The position numbers and the translations under genes are program-made. The notes beneath the pieces were generated by a model, which was not told the origin of the DNA, did not search any database, and saw only the letters and a list, made by a program, of their open reading frames with translations. Positions 9,305 to 19,896 of a stretch of 64,000 bases of DNA are shown here, in pieces (the first letter of the stretch is position 1; the number at the start of each line of letters is the position of its first letter). Source of the DNA: a virus; IMG/VR virus record IMGVR_UViG_3300033141_003544, positions 32,001-96,000 of that record, one strand, 5' to 3'.

Positions 9305-12300
9305 TCAAGATATAAGCTGTGGTTCATCCTTCCATCTATTACTTACAATACCTTCTACTGGTGTATATAAACCTGGTACTATTTCTTTTTCCATCTCTTC
9401 TTTTATAATTGCCATAAGCTCTTCTAGTTCCTCTTTGACTGCATTATGATAAATTGCATCATGCACCGAAAATAAAAATCTTGACTTAAAGTTTTTTTCT
9501 TTTATTCTTTTGTTAATTCTAATATTAGCTAGTTGTAATAAATCACTTCCCAATCCCTGAACTAATGAGTTAACAGCTTCTCTTTCTGCTTCCTTTATTA
9601 ATTTATTCCCGTCTTTTGTCAAAGGGTCAGCGTAAATATTAGGCAATCTTCTAATTCTACCCAATGGACTTACAACATATCCATTTTTATGAACAAAAGC
9701 TTTAACCATCTTTACCCATTTAGCTACACCTTTATAAGTGTTCCAAAAAGTATTTATACAGTGCTGAACTAATTCTTCATCTACTTTCTCATCTTCTGGG
9801 TCCAGTTTTTCATTTATACTTTTAGTTAATTCAGTAGCGCCTCCCAAATAGGTTGTCCCAAAATTAGTTGAATTATGTATTAATATACCGTTTGCTATAA
9901 AATGATGAAATTCATTATTAACCATTAAATCCCAAACTTCCTCTTCTTCTTTTATTTCTAATTTCTTTATTCTTTCTATTTTTGAACTCAGGTCAAAAAT
10001 ATTATTGACATTCCAGTCTCTAACTGATTGAAATTCTTTATTTATATTCATTATCTTCAGCATCTTATTAATTGAACTTAGAGAAATTATTAATCTCCAT
10101 TTTGTTTCTTTAACTTTTCTTAAATTTGAAAATACCCCCACAGATAATAATAGTTGTTGTAAACCTTTACAAAGGTTCTCTGAGCTAGAGCTGTAAACTA
10201 TACTTATTGTCTTATTACTAGTTTTCCGTTTTGTTGTGTGAATTGAACCATCTCCTTTAAACAGAGATCTAATAAACTTTATTTTATTATTATAACTACT
10301 TCTCATAATTATTTTAGGGATATCTTTTTTATTTGATTTAAGTTTAAAATCTAAAATTTCGGCAATCCATGTAGTAAACTGTTTGCTAAAAATGGAAGCT
10401 TTTTTGTAAACATGAGTAGGATAACTTTTATTTTTTACTCTTCCTATTTTTACTTCACCAAATTTTTCCAATAAAAGAACAATATCATCAAAATCTTTTG
10501 AAGAGTCGTCCACCCTTTGTCCTATAGTAATTCCATAAGGATTGGGTGTTATTTTTATTTGGCCTTCTGAAATAATCCAACCTAATAAACTAGATAGATC
10601 TCCAGTTAAATACTTGGGATAAGTTAATTTTTTATAACCGATGTCTTTTGGTTTTGGTAATTTTATTTTAGTAATAGATGTGTCATACCCTTCAATAGGT
10701 ACAAATAATCTATCTCCAATTTTAAGATCAGAAACTTTTTTTTCAATTATTTTATAATCCCTTTTTCTCGTAAACGGGGTTGTGGGGAGTTTATGATTCT
10801 CAGATAGTTTTAACTCTATACCGTTCTTCAAAACTATATTTATTATTTTTTTCTTTTCTTTTTGTTTTATTAAATAAACTTCAGGATTATCCCATAAGCC
10901 TAAATGATCTCCTGGTTTTATCTCTTCTATAGGTATTAATCCTTTTTCTAAAATAGGGATTAATTGTCCTCTTGGTAAGCATTTTGCAATTTTGCGTTGT
11001 CTCACTGTAACCATTTCAGGTTTAATTCTAAAAACCTCACAAGCCATTTTTATATGAAGGTCTTCGTTATCTTTGTAAGCCTTTAACATAACTGGGTCTT
11101 GAGAATACCAAGCAATGATCCTCAATTCTATCTGAGAATAATCATGTTCTAAAAAATAATTTCCAGAGTCTGCAATATATTGATGTCTTATTTCTTTTTC
11201 TCTGGGAATTGTATGGACAGGTACACCTCCTTCACGAACGGAAGGGGAGGCTAAACGGCCACTTACAGCCCCTGTCAGTTTCATATTGTAATGGATTCTC
11301 CCATCATCGTCTACAAAAGTTAATACAGGATTCAAATAAGTAGATATCATTTTTAATTTGTTTTTATACCTAACCGCATCTGCACATATTGGATATTTTG
11401 TAGCTAATAAATTTAATGTCTCTTTATCAGTTTTATATTGATTTGTTTTGGTTTTCCCTTTATGTGGAATACCCATTTTATCGAACAAAGCCTCACCCAA
11501 TTGTTTCCCAGAACCTATGTTAAATTCATAACCTACTTGTTTATAAATTTCTTGTGCTAACTCTTCTGCATCTTTTTCGTATTGTTTTATAACTTTTTTT
11601 GTTTGTTTTAGGTCTACACTTATGCCTTTTTGTTCTGCTTCTTTATAAATATTGTGCATGGGTAAATACAGGTCAATATATAAGTCCAACAGTTTTGGTT
11701 TTTTGTTTATCTCTTCCCATAGATCTCCAGCTAACCTAAAAGTTACATCTACATCACTACATCCATACTCTTTTAATAATGCTATAGGAGCTTTATAAAG
11801 TTGACCTTCTTCATCCTCTTTTTCAGACAAATGTTGCTTTATCTTATGACTATAGCCCCTTTTATCCTCATACCTTCTATCGGCTTGATTTTTAATTGAG
11901 TGTAGTCTATTTTCATCCAACAGATAATCTAACATGACTACATCCATAGTCAAATTTTCTATTTTACAATCCCAGTGGTATTCCATAAACTTAGAATCAA
12001 ATTTATAATTAGCACCTGCGACTTTTTTATTTGGATCAGATACTATTTCTCGTAAACTTCCTATAATATCTTCTTGATGTTCCCCCCAAAATTTATACAT
12101 AAAAAACTCTCCAATAATATAATCTTTCTTTTTCTTTATTACTCTTTCGATTTTCACATTATATTTCTCTAAATCTCTTTCTTTAAATAAATCTTCATCT
12201 ATATCTTTATTTATAAGCAATGGAATATAAATACCTTGTTTTTCTTCCCATGAAAAACTAATACCTATAATTTGATCTGTTCTATAATTCAAACCAGTAG

Positions 12301-12982
12301 TTTCAATATCTATTGCTAATTTCTCTTTTTTCTTTAAAATTTGAAATATTTCATCAAATTCTTCAATGGTTTTAATCAATCTATAGTCATATACTGTCTC
12401 ATTTGCAGCAATTGGAGTACCATCCATTATTCTTTTGACTTCTTTTAAATCAGATAGCCAAACAGTCTCTTCAGCTGGGTTTCTTAAAATATACGCAGGA
12501 TGGTATGTAGGAAGTATTGGAATTTTATAACCTTCACGAGTATATATATGACCTCTGATATTAGTAATTTTAGTTTTTCCTATTAAAACTTTCGAAGCTA
12601 CGTTTCCCAGAGGTATTATACATTTGAGGGAGTTAAGTGATATTAAATAATTTAAGATAGTATCAAAATTAGATTTGCAAGTTTTAATCTCTGTATTACC
12701 AGGAGTCGTATTACCAGGGAGTCTACAGCAACATACATTAAAAAATACACAATCCTGATCATCATCAATACCGATAGTCCTTAATTCTTTTCTTAGCCGT
12801 TGTCCCGACCTACCTTGAAAAACTTTACCTGTTCTCTCTTCTTCACCACCAGGAGCTTCTCCTATAAAGGCCAGTTTGGGTTTATCAAAATTTCCAGTAG
12901 CATTATAAGGATTATAGTGAGAGGGATCATACAAAGGACAAGATTTGCATTTGTCAAGAGGTAGTATTAGGTGGTTTTTCAC
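9305..12982 (-). CDS. polA: family A DNA polymerase with N-terminal family-4 uracil-DNA glycosylase domain, 3'-5' exonuclease and an intein
   Basis: UDG: CKSCPL, GEAPG, FQGRSG, YHPAYILRN; exonuclease: DIETTGL, YGCSD; polymerase motifs A DYSQIELR, B RKIAK^STNFG..Y, C VHDA. Confidence 0.95.
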   Translation of the reverse strand: MKNHLILPLDKCKSCPLYDPSHYNPYNATGNFDKPKLAFIGEAPGGEEERTGKVFQGRSGQRLRKELRTIGIDDDQDCVFFNVCCCRLPGNTTPGNTEIKTCKSNFDTILNYLISLNSLKCIIPLGNVASKVLIGKTKITNIRGHIYTREGYKIPILPTYHPAYILRNPAEETVWLSDLKEVKRIMDGTPIAANETVYDYRLIKTIEEFDEIFQILKKKEKLAIDIETTGLNYRTDQIIGISFSWEEKQGIYIPLLINKDIDEDLFKERDLEKYNVKIERVIKKKKDYIIGEFFMYKFWGEHQEDIIGSLREIVSDPNKKVAGANYKFDSKFMEYHWDCKIENLTMDVVMLDYLLDENRLHSIKNQADRRYEDKRGYSHKIKQHLSEKEDEEGQLYKAPIALLKEYGCSDVDVTFRLAGDLWEEINKKPKLLDLYIDLYLPMHNIYKEAEQKGISVDLKQTKKVIKQYEKDAEELAQEIYKQVGYEFNIGSGKQLGEALFDKMGIPHKGKTKTNQYKTDKETLNLLATKYPICADAVRYKNKLKMISTYLNPVLTFVDDDGRIHYNMKLTGAVSGRLASPSVREGGVPVHTIPREKEIRHQYIADSGNYFLEHDYSQIELRIIAWYSQDPVMLKAYKDNEDLHIKMACEVFRIKPEMVTVRQRKIAKCLPRGQLIPILEKGLIPIEEIKPGDHLGLWDNPEVYLIKQKEKKKIINIVLKNGIELKLSENHKLPTTPFTRKRDYKIIEKKVSDLKIGDRLFVPIEGYDTSITKIKLPKPKDIGYKKLTYPKYLTGDLSSLLGWIISEGQIKITPNPYGITIGQRVDDSSKDFDDIVLLLEKFGEVKIGRVKNKSYPTHVYKKASIFSKQFTTWIAEILDFKLKSNKKDIPKIIMRSSYNNKIKFIRSLFKGDGSIHTTKRKTSNKTISIVYSSSSENLCKGLQQLLLSVGVFSNLRKVKETKWRLIISLSSINKMLKIMNINKEFQSVRDWNVNNIFDLSSKIERIKKLEIKEEEEVWDLMVNNEFHHFIANGILIHNSTNFGTTYLGGATELTKSINEKLDPEDEKVDEELVQHCINTFWNTYKGVAKWVKMVKAFVHKNGYVVSPLGRIRRLPNIYADPLTKDGNKLIKEAEREAVNSLVQGLGSDLLQLANIRINKRIKEKNFKSRFLFSVHDAIYHNAVKEELEELMAIIKEEMEKEIVPGLYTPVEGIVSNRWKDEPQLIS
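9872..10981 (-). mobile_element. 370-aa cis intein with LAGLIDADG endonuclease in PolA motif B
   Basis: CLPRGQ start, SENH block B, LLGWIISEG and FIRSLFKGDG, ends FIANGILIHN followed by Ser. Confidence 0.93.
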
Positions 12983-13241
12983 TTTTTAGTTTCTCCGATA
13001 CTATTTTATTTTTTGTTTTTAGTTGAAAATCGGTCTCTACAGATTGAGCAATTAAACTATCTATATATTTTGACAAAGATGTTACTCTCGATTTTAATAA
13101 TCTCTTCAGTATCCTTAGTTTTATTCTATATTCTTTATTACCCACCAATGTGTTTATTTTGAGTTTTTGTAAAGACAACATTGGAAGATAATTTCTTATT
13201 TCTTCAACCCAATCATCAAGTTCTCTATGTAATCTATTCAT
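12954..13241 (-). CDS. hypothetical protein
   Basis: ORF overlapping the polA start. Confidence 0.5.
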   Translation of the reverse strand: MNRLHRELDDWVEEIRNYLPMLSLQKLKINTLVGNKEYRIKLRILKRLLKSRVTSLSKYIDSLIAQSVETDFQLKTKNKIVSEKLKSEKPPNTTS

Positions 13242-13281
13242 TTTTTGTATATAATCTATTTAATGGGTTTATGCTCTTACA

Positions 13282-13707
13282 TTATACTTTTTCTATTTTA
13301 ATATCTTTTAATGTTTTTACAAATAAATCTCTATCCCTTGATATATAATCTAATTTATAATAAATTTTCTTTACATTGGCTGCTATAAGTATTTTATAAC
13401 AATTGATACAAGGATTATGTGTAACATAACAAATTAATGTTTTATACCTTTTAGGTAAGTTTGCAACTGCTCCCGCTTCACTATGGATAGTCCTAATACA
13501 ATGGTTTGCATTGTGTTCTTCACTAAGTAAACAACCTACATCTTCACAATGTGGACTGCCTGATGGAGCTGAATTATAACCTACTGAAACGACTCGATTA
13601 TCTTCAGTAGTTAAAACACACCCTACTTTTAGTTTCCCACACGTACCACGTTCTTTTACTATTTCAGCCATTTTCATAAAATATTCTATTCTAGTTAAGC
13701 GGCCCAT
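13282..13707 (-). CDS. dCMP deaminase (intact copy)
   Basis: VGCV, GYN, HSE (normally HAE) and PCINC zinc motifs; ATG 13707 after GGAGG. Confidence 0.9.
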   Translation of the reverse strand: MGRLTRIEYFMKMAEIVKERGTCGKLKVGCVLTTEDNRVVSVGYNSAPSGSPHCEDVGCLLSEEHNANHCIRTIHSEAGAVANLPKRYKTLICYVTHNPCINCYKILIAANVKKIYYKLDYISRDRDLFVKTLKDIKIEKV

Positions 13708-14500
13708 AGACCCCTCCAAAAATTTTTCTTTTCCTATCCAATGAAATTGTTGAACCCTTATATAAATACACCATAAATTTCTCTACCTCGTTCATTGAAT
13801 TAACCCTATAACTATATAAAGGGTTTTTTCTTCCTTTTATTGAACAATTAACCCATCCAAAACCTACTATTTCTTTAATGAAATTCATAACTGATTCAGT
13901 TCCTGCAATAGATACTATCCCTCTTTTGTATTTATTAAGATGAATACAACCATCACCGTCGAAATACCCTCTTATCCAATGTCTAATCAAATCCATTGAA
14001 ACATTTTTTGGGGGCTCTAATACCAAAGACTTTCTTTCTAAAATACCTTTATTGATTAAATCATAATACATTTTATTTGAGCTTAACAGATATCTGTATC
14101 GATAGAAGACTTTACCGTTTAATTTTCTTGATCTCTTACGAGGTTCAAAATTGGCTTCAATTGCTTTTCCAAATTTCTTCAAATGTTTTAAATCTTTTTC
14201 AGCTAAACTTAAATTTATTCTCTTCCTTTTATATCTTGGAGGTGGTGTATATAAACTCCCATCTGCTGCAATCATTCCCAACCAATAAGCTTTTTCTTCA
14301 TTATCAATTGTTTCAAAATAATTTTCATTAAAGGATTTCCATTTACCTTTAGTAGGTAAATGAGATAAGTTATATTCTTTTATTCTTTTTGCAATAGCTT
14401 GTCGTTTCTTTAACCCAAATACCTTTGCTATTTCTTTTTGAGAATGTTTACCGTCTAATAGTTTTTTAAGTTCTTCTGAATTAACTTCTACTTTCTTCAT
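13691..14500 (-). mobile_element. free-standing LAGLIDADG homing endonuclease with N-terminal HTH
   Basis: AYWLGMIAADG and WIRGYFDGDG motifs. Confidence 0.9.
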
Positions 14501-14865
14501 TCATCTCTTTCCTCTGGAATCAAAGTCATGCTATGGGCTTGATCTTCACCGTTAACTTTTAATCCTTTAATTAATTTTAATTTTACTAATATTTTTTTGA
14601 ATTTAGCTTTTTCAATACAGTGTACAGTTCTTATACAATGACCTTTATACAACAAACAACCTTTATCAAGACAGTGGTCTTGTCCTGGAGGGGCCCCGTT
14701 GTAACCAATTGCCGTTATTCTGTTATTTCTAGTTATCACACACCCTGCTTTTATATGACATGTTGACCTTTCTGCAGCTAAGTCTGCTATTTTTAGATAG
14801 TAAGTGATTCTATTCATTCTAGTTCTGTTGATAGCTGGTTTTGTCCTGTCCACAAGATTCCTCAA
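14497..14865 (-). pseudogene. N-terminal fragment of a second dCMP deaminase with an unrelated 40-aa tail
   Basis: AERSTC..AGCVI..GYNGAP..HC..HCIRTVH, then similarity stops; no catalytic Glu in register and no PCxxC. Confidence 0.75.
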
Positions 14866-14910
14866 AAATTTTTATATTTTAATATAGAAATTTTATATTG
14901 AAATTCAACA

Positions 14911-15912
14911 TTAAGGATTGTCTTTTAATACATCATTCCAGTCTTTGTAAGGGTTTTGTGGAGAATGTATTTCAACTAATATTTTTTTGTCAAGGAATTT
15001 CTTTTTCAATTCTATAGATGCTCTTAAACCAGGATCATCATTGTCGAAAGCTACAACAACAGTTTCAAAATCTCTAAATTTATCAACCCACTCTTTTTTA
15101 AAATGTTGTACTCCTGGAATACCTATTGCGTATTTCCCCATTAACTCCAACGAAATACAATCAATAACAGACTCAGTTATACATATTTCTTTAACATCAG
15201 GGTTGTTCATAATTTCACAATTATAAGGAAAAAGCAATGGACTTCTTATATTTCTATAAGGAGGTACTATATCTTTTTCAAGTGTTCTAGCTTGTATCCA
15301 ATATACTTCATCATCTTTTATAAAAGGAAATAATAATTTGTGTTTTAAAAATACAAAATAACCATTATCATTAAACAAACCTACTTTTTTTAACTCTTCT
15401 AAACTCCAGGTACTCAATAAATAAATTGAAGCTCTATTGTAGTTTTTTATATCTGTAATTCTCTTATTCTTAATTATTTCTAATGGTATACCTCTATTTA
15501 ATAAATACTGTTTTGACTCCTCCGAAATCGGTCCACATTTTTTAATGAAATCTGTTAATATTTTTTGTGGTGGAGTAGGGATATAAGGGGTATTACGGTC
15601 TACATTTTTTGCCATATCAATCGGATTAAATTTCTTTCTTATTGTTCGTCTTCCAACGTTACCATTTTCAAACCATTTTACTGCTTCTTGAAAATTTTTC
15701 TCCAATACTATCATTACGAAGTCTATATTGGAACCGTGTAAACCACAACTAAAACATTTAAAGCAATTTTCGGGCCCATTAATAGAGCAACTGGGATTGA
15801 AATCCAAATGATTTGGATTAATACAATGAATAAATCCATTTTCGTTTACTGGAATAGCTAAGGTGTCACAGATATCATATAAACTAATTTTTTTAATTTC
15901 TTTTAAGTCCAT
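14911..15912 (-). CDS. DNA primase (CHC2 zinc finger + TOPRIM)
   Basis: CINPNH..PS...FKCFSC, ITESVID, AFDNDDPG, KDWND. Confidence 0.9.
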   Translation of the reverse strand: MDLKEIKKISLYDICDTLAIPVNENGFIHCINPNHLDFNPSCSINGPENCFKCFSCGLHGSNIDFVMIVLEKNFQEAVKWFENGNVGRRTIRKKFNPIDMAKNVDRNTPYIPTPPQKILTDFIKKCGPISEESKQYLLNRGIPLEIIKNKRITDIKNYNRASIYLLSTWSLEELKKVGLFNDNGYFVFLKHKLLFPFIKDDEVYWIQARTLEKDIVPPYRNIRSPLLFPYNCEIMNNPDVKEICITESVIDCISLELMGKYAIGIPGVQHFKKEWVDKFRDFETVVVAFDNDDPGLRASIELKKKFLDKKILVEIHSPQNPYKDWNDVLKDNP

Positions 15913-16286
15913 TTTTGTGCTTTCTGTAACAGTTAAAATTTGATAAATTTAACCGGTACTTTTATCATATATTCCGTATTTCCAATCCATATAGGAACAA
16001 CTTGAACTTGTTCATTTCGTTTTAAAGGTTTTCCAGTTATTGGACTTTCATTTTTTATAGAACGTTCTACTATTAATTTTTCAATTTTGTTCATTTTTCC
16101 TCCTTTGATTTTTCAAATTCGCCTAAGGCATCATTGATTTCTTTTTCATATTCTTTTCTAATTAAAATATCCAACCTGTCTTTATGAATCTTTGTAGGTC
16201 GGTGTCTAATCCTACGTTTAGGTAATATACGGTTCAATTTGATTATCTCCTTTTTCATTTCTAACTTTTACTCTTTTTTGAACTTT

Positions 16287-17237
16287 TTATCTGATATTTG
16301 ATAATTCTTTTATAGAATCTTCATGTCTTAAAATCTGTTTGCAGATGTCCTCTATTATCTGAGGAACAATACTTGACCCCGCTTGATCATATTGTAAGGT
16401 TTTAGGCCCATAAAATATAAAATCATCAGGAAAGCCCTGACAACGAGCAACTTCTCTAACGGTTAAAACTCTTGACTCCCATGGGTGAACATATTGTGTC
16501 CTGTGACTTGTCATTGTAGGAGCGGGTTTATCAGGGTCCAATCTCCTATTATTTTGAGTCCCATAATAGGACTCGCCAATTTTTAGTTTTCTAAAACCCT
16601 CTGCCCTTTTTTGTGAATGTTTAGAAGGTATATGATTTGGTGTATTATCTAAATCTTTCAAAATATCTTTTAAATTTTTAAAATTTTTTATTTTTGGATT
16701 AGGAAACCAATATTTAAAATAACCTAAATCTCCTATTATAAAAAGTCTTTCCCTATTTTGTGGTACATTATAATATTTAGCATTTAAAAAATGTTTCTGA
16801 ATATTATAACCTTTTAACTCTATAAATAATTTTTCATTAGTAGTATAGTTGATTAAGGATACACCATATTCGTTGATCCATATACTATTAGCAACTGAAG
16901 TTAAATTCTCTAAAATAAAATATTTGGGTCTTCTTTTTTGTATTACTTTTAAAAACTTGTAAATTTCCCAATCTTCTATTTTAAAATCTAATCTATTTTT
17001 CTTTCTAACGGCTAAATTACTAAAAGCTTTACAAGGAGGTTGGCCTATAATAATATCTACTTCACGATCATCAAACCAACTTATCTCCTTTGAAATACAA
17101 ATATCATTAAAATTTTTAAAAATGGTTTCTGATATCGACCAATCTCTATTGTCCTCTAAATAAACGGGTTTCATTCCACACCATTTTGCCCCTAATAATC
17201 CGGAACCGATACCACCATAAACACTACCTATTCTCAT
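16287..17237 (-). CDS. DNA cytosine-5 methyltransferase
   Basis: YGGIGS (motif I variant), GQPPCKAFS, LENL, PQNRERLFIIG, LTVREVARCQGFPDDF. Confidence 0.92.
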   Translation of the reverse strand: MRIGSVYGGIGSGLLGAKWCGMKPVYLEDNRDWSISETIFKNFNDICISKEISWFDDREVDIIIGQPPCKAFSNLAVRKKNRLDFKIEDWEIYKFLKVIQKRRPKYFILENLTSVANSIWINEYGVSLINYTTNEKLFIELKGYNIQKHFLNAKYYNVPQNRERLFIIGDLGYFKYWFPNPKIKNFKNLKDILKDLDNTPNHIPSKHSQKRAEGFRKLKIGESYYGTQNNRRLDPDKPAPTMTSHRTQYVHPWESRVLTVREVARCQGFPDDFIFYGPKTLQYDQAGSSIVPQIIEDICKQILRHEDSIKELSNIR

Positions 17238-17419
17238 ATTTTCCTTTCTATTATACTAAAATCTATATCTTCAAAATCTCCCATAATATTATTAACTATT
17301 TCAATTTCTTTATAGGGTATATCTGAATCTTTTACCATTTTCGACCATAATTCTTCTAGAGCAGTTTCTAATTCATTTCTGGCGTTTATAACTTTTCTGT
17401 AAGAAATGGGAGTTATCAT
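17234..17419 (-). CDS. hypothetical protein
   Basis: Translationally coupled on both sides. Confidence 0.55.
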   Translation of the reverse strand: MITPISYRKVINARNELETALEELWSKMVKDSDIPYKEIEIVNNIMGDFEDIDFSIIERKI

Positions 17420-19366
17420 CTAATATATTTCCTTATTCTTATAATCCTTTTTATATATATGTAAACTATTGCAAAAATAAGTTAAATCTCCAACTGTCAC
17501 TCCTATTTGTTTAGTTATATATTGTTGAAGTTTTATTGCTAATGCAATATCATTAGGAAAATGAGTAACAAAATCACAAGATCTCATTATATAGGACATG
17601 TGAAGTTTGTTCTCCCTTCTGAGAAACATATACCCCGTTGAACAGTTATGAACTGAAGCTCCTAATAAAGAATAACTTTCATCTTCTTCTACTTCTAAAT
17701 TATAAACCTTTATTGATTGAATATATTTTTTTACTTCTATTCCTTTTACTTTATAATAAGCTTTACCTTTATTAAAACTTACTGTATTAATATTATTGTT
17801 TTTCCAATTGCCTTTTATATGAGGAAGACCAGGATAACATAGTTCTTTTAAAGATCTATTGGATGTGGAGATACTATATGAAGAATGATAAAAATGTCTC
17901 CCCTCAATTGCATGTCCGGATCTAATAGGTATGAACTGTATACTATAACTCACATTATTTCTTAGCAGTATTAGGCCTAATTGCAAAATTAGATCTTTAG
18001 AACAAGAAGTAAAAGTTAAACGACCTGTTTTTCCTGTGGATTTTTTATTTTTTGTTACATACCCATCTCCTCTTGTATATCCTACAACAATTTGGAGTTG
18101 CTTTTTAGGAGGTAAATACATAAATGATTTTGGAATAGTTTTTGTGTGAGAGTGTGAACCTCCAAACAAATTCCAAAAAAGATGACCTACTATTTTAGAA
18201 GCATAAGTTATTCTATAATTATTACCATCCTCTTTCCAATTAAATTTAGGTTTTTTTAATCCAAACTTTTCTAACATTATTTTTGCTACATCTTCACCAT
18301 ATTTTTCTTCTCCTTTTGCAAAATAAAATTTTATTTGTGATTTCCCATCTCTACCTCCCGTTGCACAACCGTCTGCTAAAAAGTAACCTACTAACCGTAA
18401 AAAATCTTCATCTACTTGGATTATTTTAGGAATACTATGACAGTTCTTTTTATCAGCAGCTTTAATAGTTTTTGAACTTATCTCAATAAAATCTTCAGTG
18501 TTAATATAATCTGTTATATTTAAATATTTTATATCTTTTCTACTATTATTAAAGTTAAATTCTATATAATCTCCTTCTTTAATTTCAGAAGCACTTAACC
18601 ATTTTGATTTAACTTCACGAATATTCTTAGAGGTTATTTTTTCTTTAGAGGAATAAGTTAAAATAGGGTGGTCTTTTGTACAAATTATATCTTCCCCGCC
18701 ATATCTTTTTATTTTTATAAGTTCATTCGTTTCATTCTCAAAAATTTTATTGACTCTTTTAAATCTACCTTTATGTGTTAAAACTTTATCTCCTTCTTTA
18801 ATATTTTCAATATTTGTCCATTTAAAATCCCTTGTAATAATTTTTGTTTTAACTGGAAAGCATGGGATACGTTTTTTACCACCCATATTTTCTAAATCAA
18901 ATACATTATTGTGTATTTCTATTATTGCTTGTCTTGTATTTGGTCGATCATGTAATTCTTGTATAACTTTTGATAACTGGGGTTTTATTCTTTCATTGTA
19001 GGTATAACTGAATTTATTTTGACCTTTTTCATCTTGATGTAAAAACTCTTGCCAAACGTCCTTTCTTAAAGTCCAAGCCATACCTGGATTTACAAAATGT
19101 TGACTAACCCTTTCTTTGGCTTCAGCTTCTATCCATTCCATTGACAGACCTGCATTATATTCTTTATTAATATAATCTATCATTTCCTTGATTCTCTCTC
19201 CTGTTTTTAATATAAAACAAGTCCCTCTAATTTCTTTTGTATAATAATCCTCATCCCCTTCAATAATTTTATCTTGCATAGAATAACCTTTTACTTCAGT
19301 ACCCATTTCAATAAGGTTTCTTTCTTCCTCTTTTATCATTTGAAGAGTATCACTATATATTCTCAT
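17420..19366 (-). CDS. thymidylate synthase-fold protein 1 (dCMP-modifying type), intein-containing
   Basis: YTYNER, TRQAII, RIP^C, MRSCDFVTHFPND, SLHIY; about 242 aa after splicing. Confidence 0.85.
   Translation of the reverse strand: MRIYSDTLQMIKEEERNLIEMGTEVKGYSMQDKIIEGDEDYYTKEIRGTCFILKTGERIKEMIDYINKEYNAGLSMEWIEAEAKERVSQHFVNPGMAWTLRKDVWQEFLHQDEKGQNKFSYTYNERIKPQLSKVIQELHDRPNTRQAIIEIHNNVFDLENMGGKKRIPCFPVKTKIITRDFKWTNIENIKEGDKVLTHKGRFKRVNKIFENETNELIKIKRYGGEDIICTKDHPILTYSSKEKITSKNIREVKSKWLSASEIKEGDYIEFNFNNSRKDIKYLNITDYINTEDFIEISSKTIKAADKKNCHSIPKIIQVDEDFLRLVGYFLADGCATGGRDGKSQIKFYFAKGEEKYGEDVAKIMLEKFGLKKPKFNWKEDGNNYRITYASKIVGHLFWNLFGGSHSHTKTIPKSFMYLPPKKQLQIVVGYTRGDGYVTKNKKSTGKTGRLTFTSCSKDLILQLGLILLRNNVSYSIQFIPIRSGHAIEGRHFYHSSYSISTSNRSLKELCYPGLPHIKGNWKNNNINTVSFNKGKAYYKVKGIEVKKYIQSIKVYNLEVEEDESYSLLGASVHNCSTGYMFLRRENKLHMSYIMRSCDFVTHFPNDIALAIKLQQYITKQIGVTVGDLTYFCNSLHIYKKDYKNKEIY
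17645..18862 (-). mobile_element. 406-aa cis intein with LAGLIDADG endonuclease at the TS catalytic Cys
   Basis: CFPVKT start, TKDHP, LVGYFLADG and GYTRGDG, ends VYNLEV...SVHN followed by Cys. Confidence 0.93.
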
Positions 19367-19404
19367 TTCTTATTATTCCTTTTGCAATTTTCATAAATAC
19401 GCAT

Positions 19405-19785
19405 TTATATTACTTCTTCTTCAGTTAATATATTCTTATCTGGATCTCCAATAAAAACTATATTGTTTGGATATGCATGTTTCATAAATAAATTTCTTAT
19501 TTCTTTAACTGAATAACCTGCCAATCCAGTTCCTATAGCTGTTAAAAGAAATATTTTATCTTTATTTAATCTAGCAAAATTTATGAAATCAGATATATAA
19601 TTATCTATTATATTTAATGGGAGTGTTTTCAAATTTTCATCTTTTGTTGGAATAGCATAAGAGTTACCTTGTATACCTTCTCCAATACCTTTAATTGCTC
19701 CATAATACTTATAAGCATATAGGGCTGCACCCCTACCATGTTTTCCTGCTTTGTTAGAACCAAAAACAAAAATATTAGATTTCAT
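19405..19785 (-). CDS. conserved phage protein, A1S_2505-like (FVFGSN..G.HG.GAA family)
   Basis: IFVFGSNKAGKHGRGAA, SYAIPTK, IGTGLAG. Confidence 0.75.
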   Translation of the reverse strand: MKSNIFVFGSNKAGKHGRGAALYAYKYYGAIKGIGEGIQGNSYAIPTKDENLKTLPLNIIDNYISDFINFARLNKDKIFLLTAIGTGLAGYSVKEIRNLFMKHAYPNNIVFIGDPDKNILTEEEVI

Positions 19786-19791
19786 AAATTC

Positions 19792-19878
19792 TCATTTCTT
19801 GATATTTTTCTTTTTCTTCTTTTTCTTTTTGATTAATTTATCTCTTTGTATAGGAAAAGCTTGTGATGTTACAGCCAT
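19792..19878 (-). CDS. 28-aa poly-Lys peptide MAVTSQAFPIQRDKLIKKKKKKKKNIKK
   Basis: Strong SD AAGGAGG before ATG; fills the gap between genes. Confidence 0.6.
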   Translation of the reverse strand: MAVTSQAFPIQRDKLIKKKKKKKKNIKK

Positions 19879-19896
19879 AATTCCCTCCTTTAAATA

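Noticed and set aside
9305-12982. Z-genome (DpoZ/PurZ) or uracil-DNA phage
   Set aside because: No PurZ or DatZ-like gene in the window; an apparently intact UDG and a dUTPase-like enzyme argue against U-DNA.
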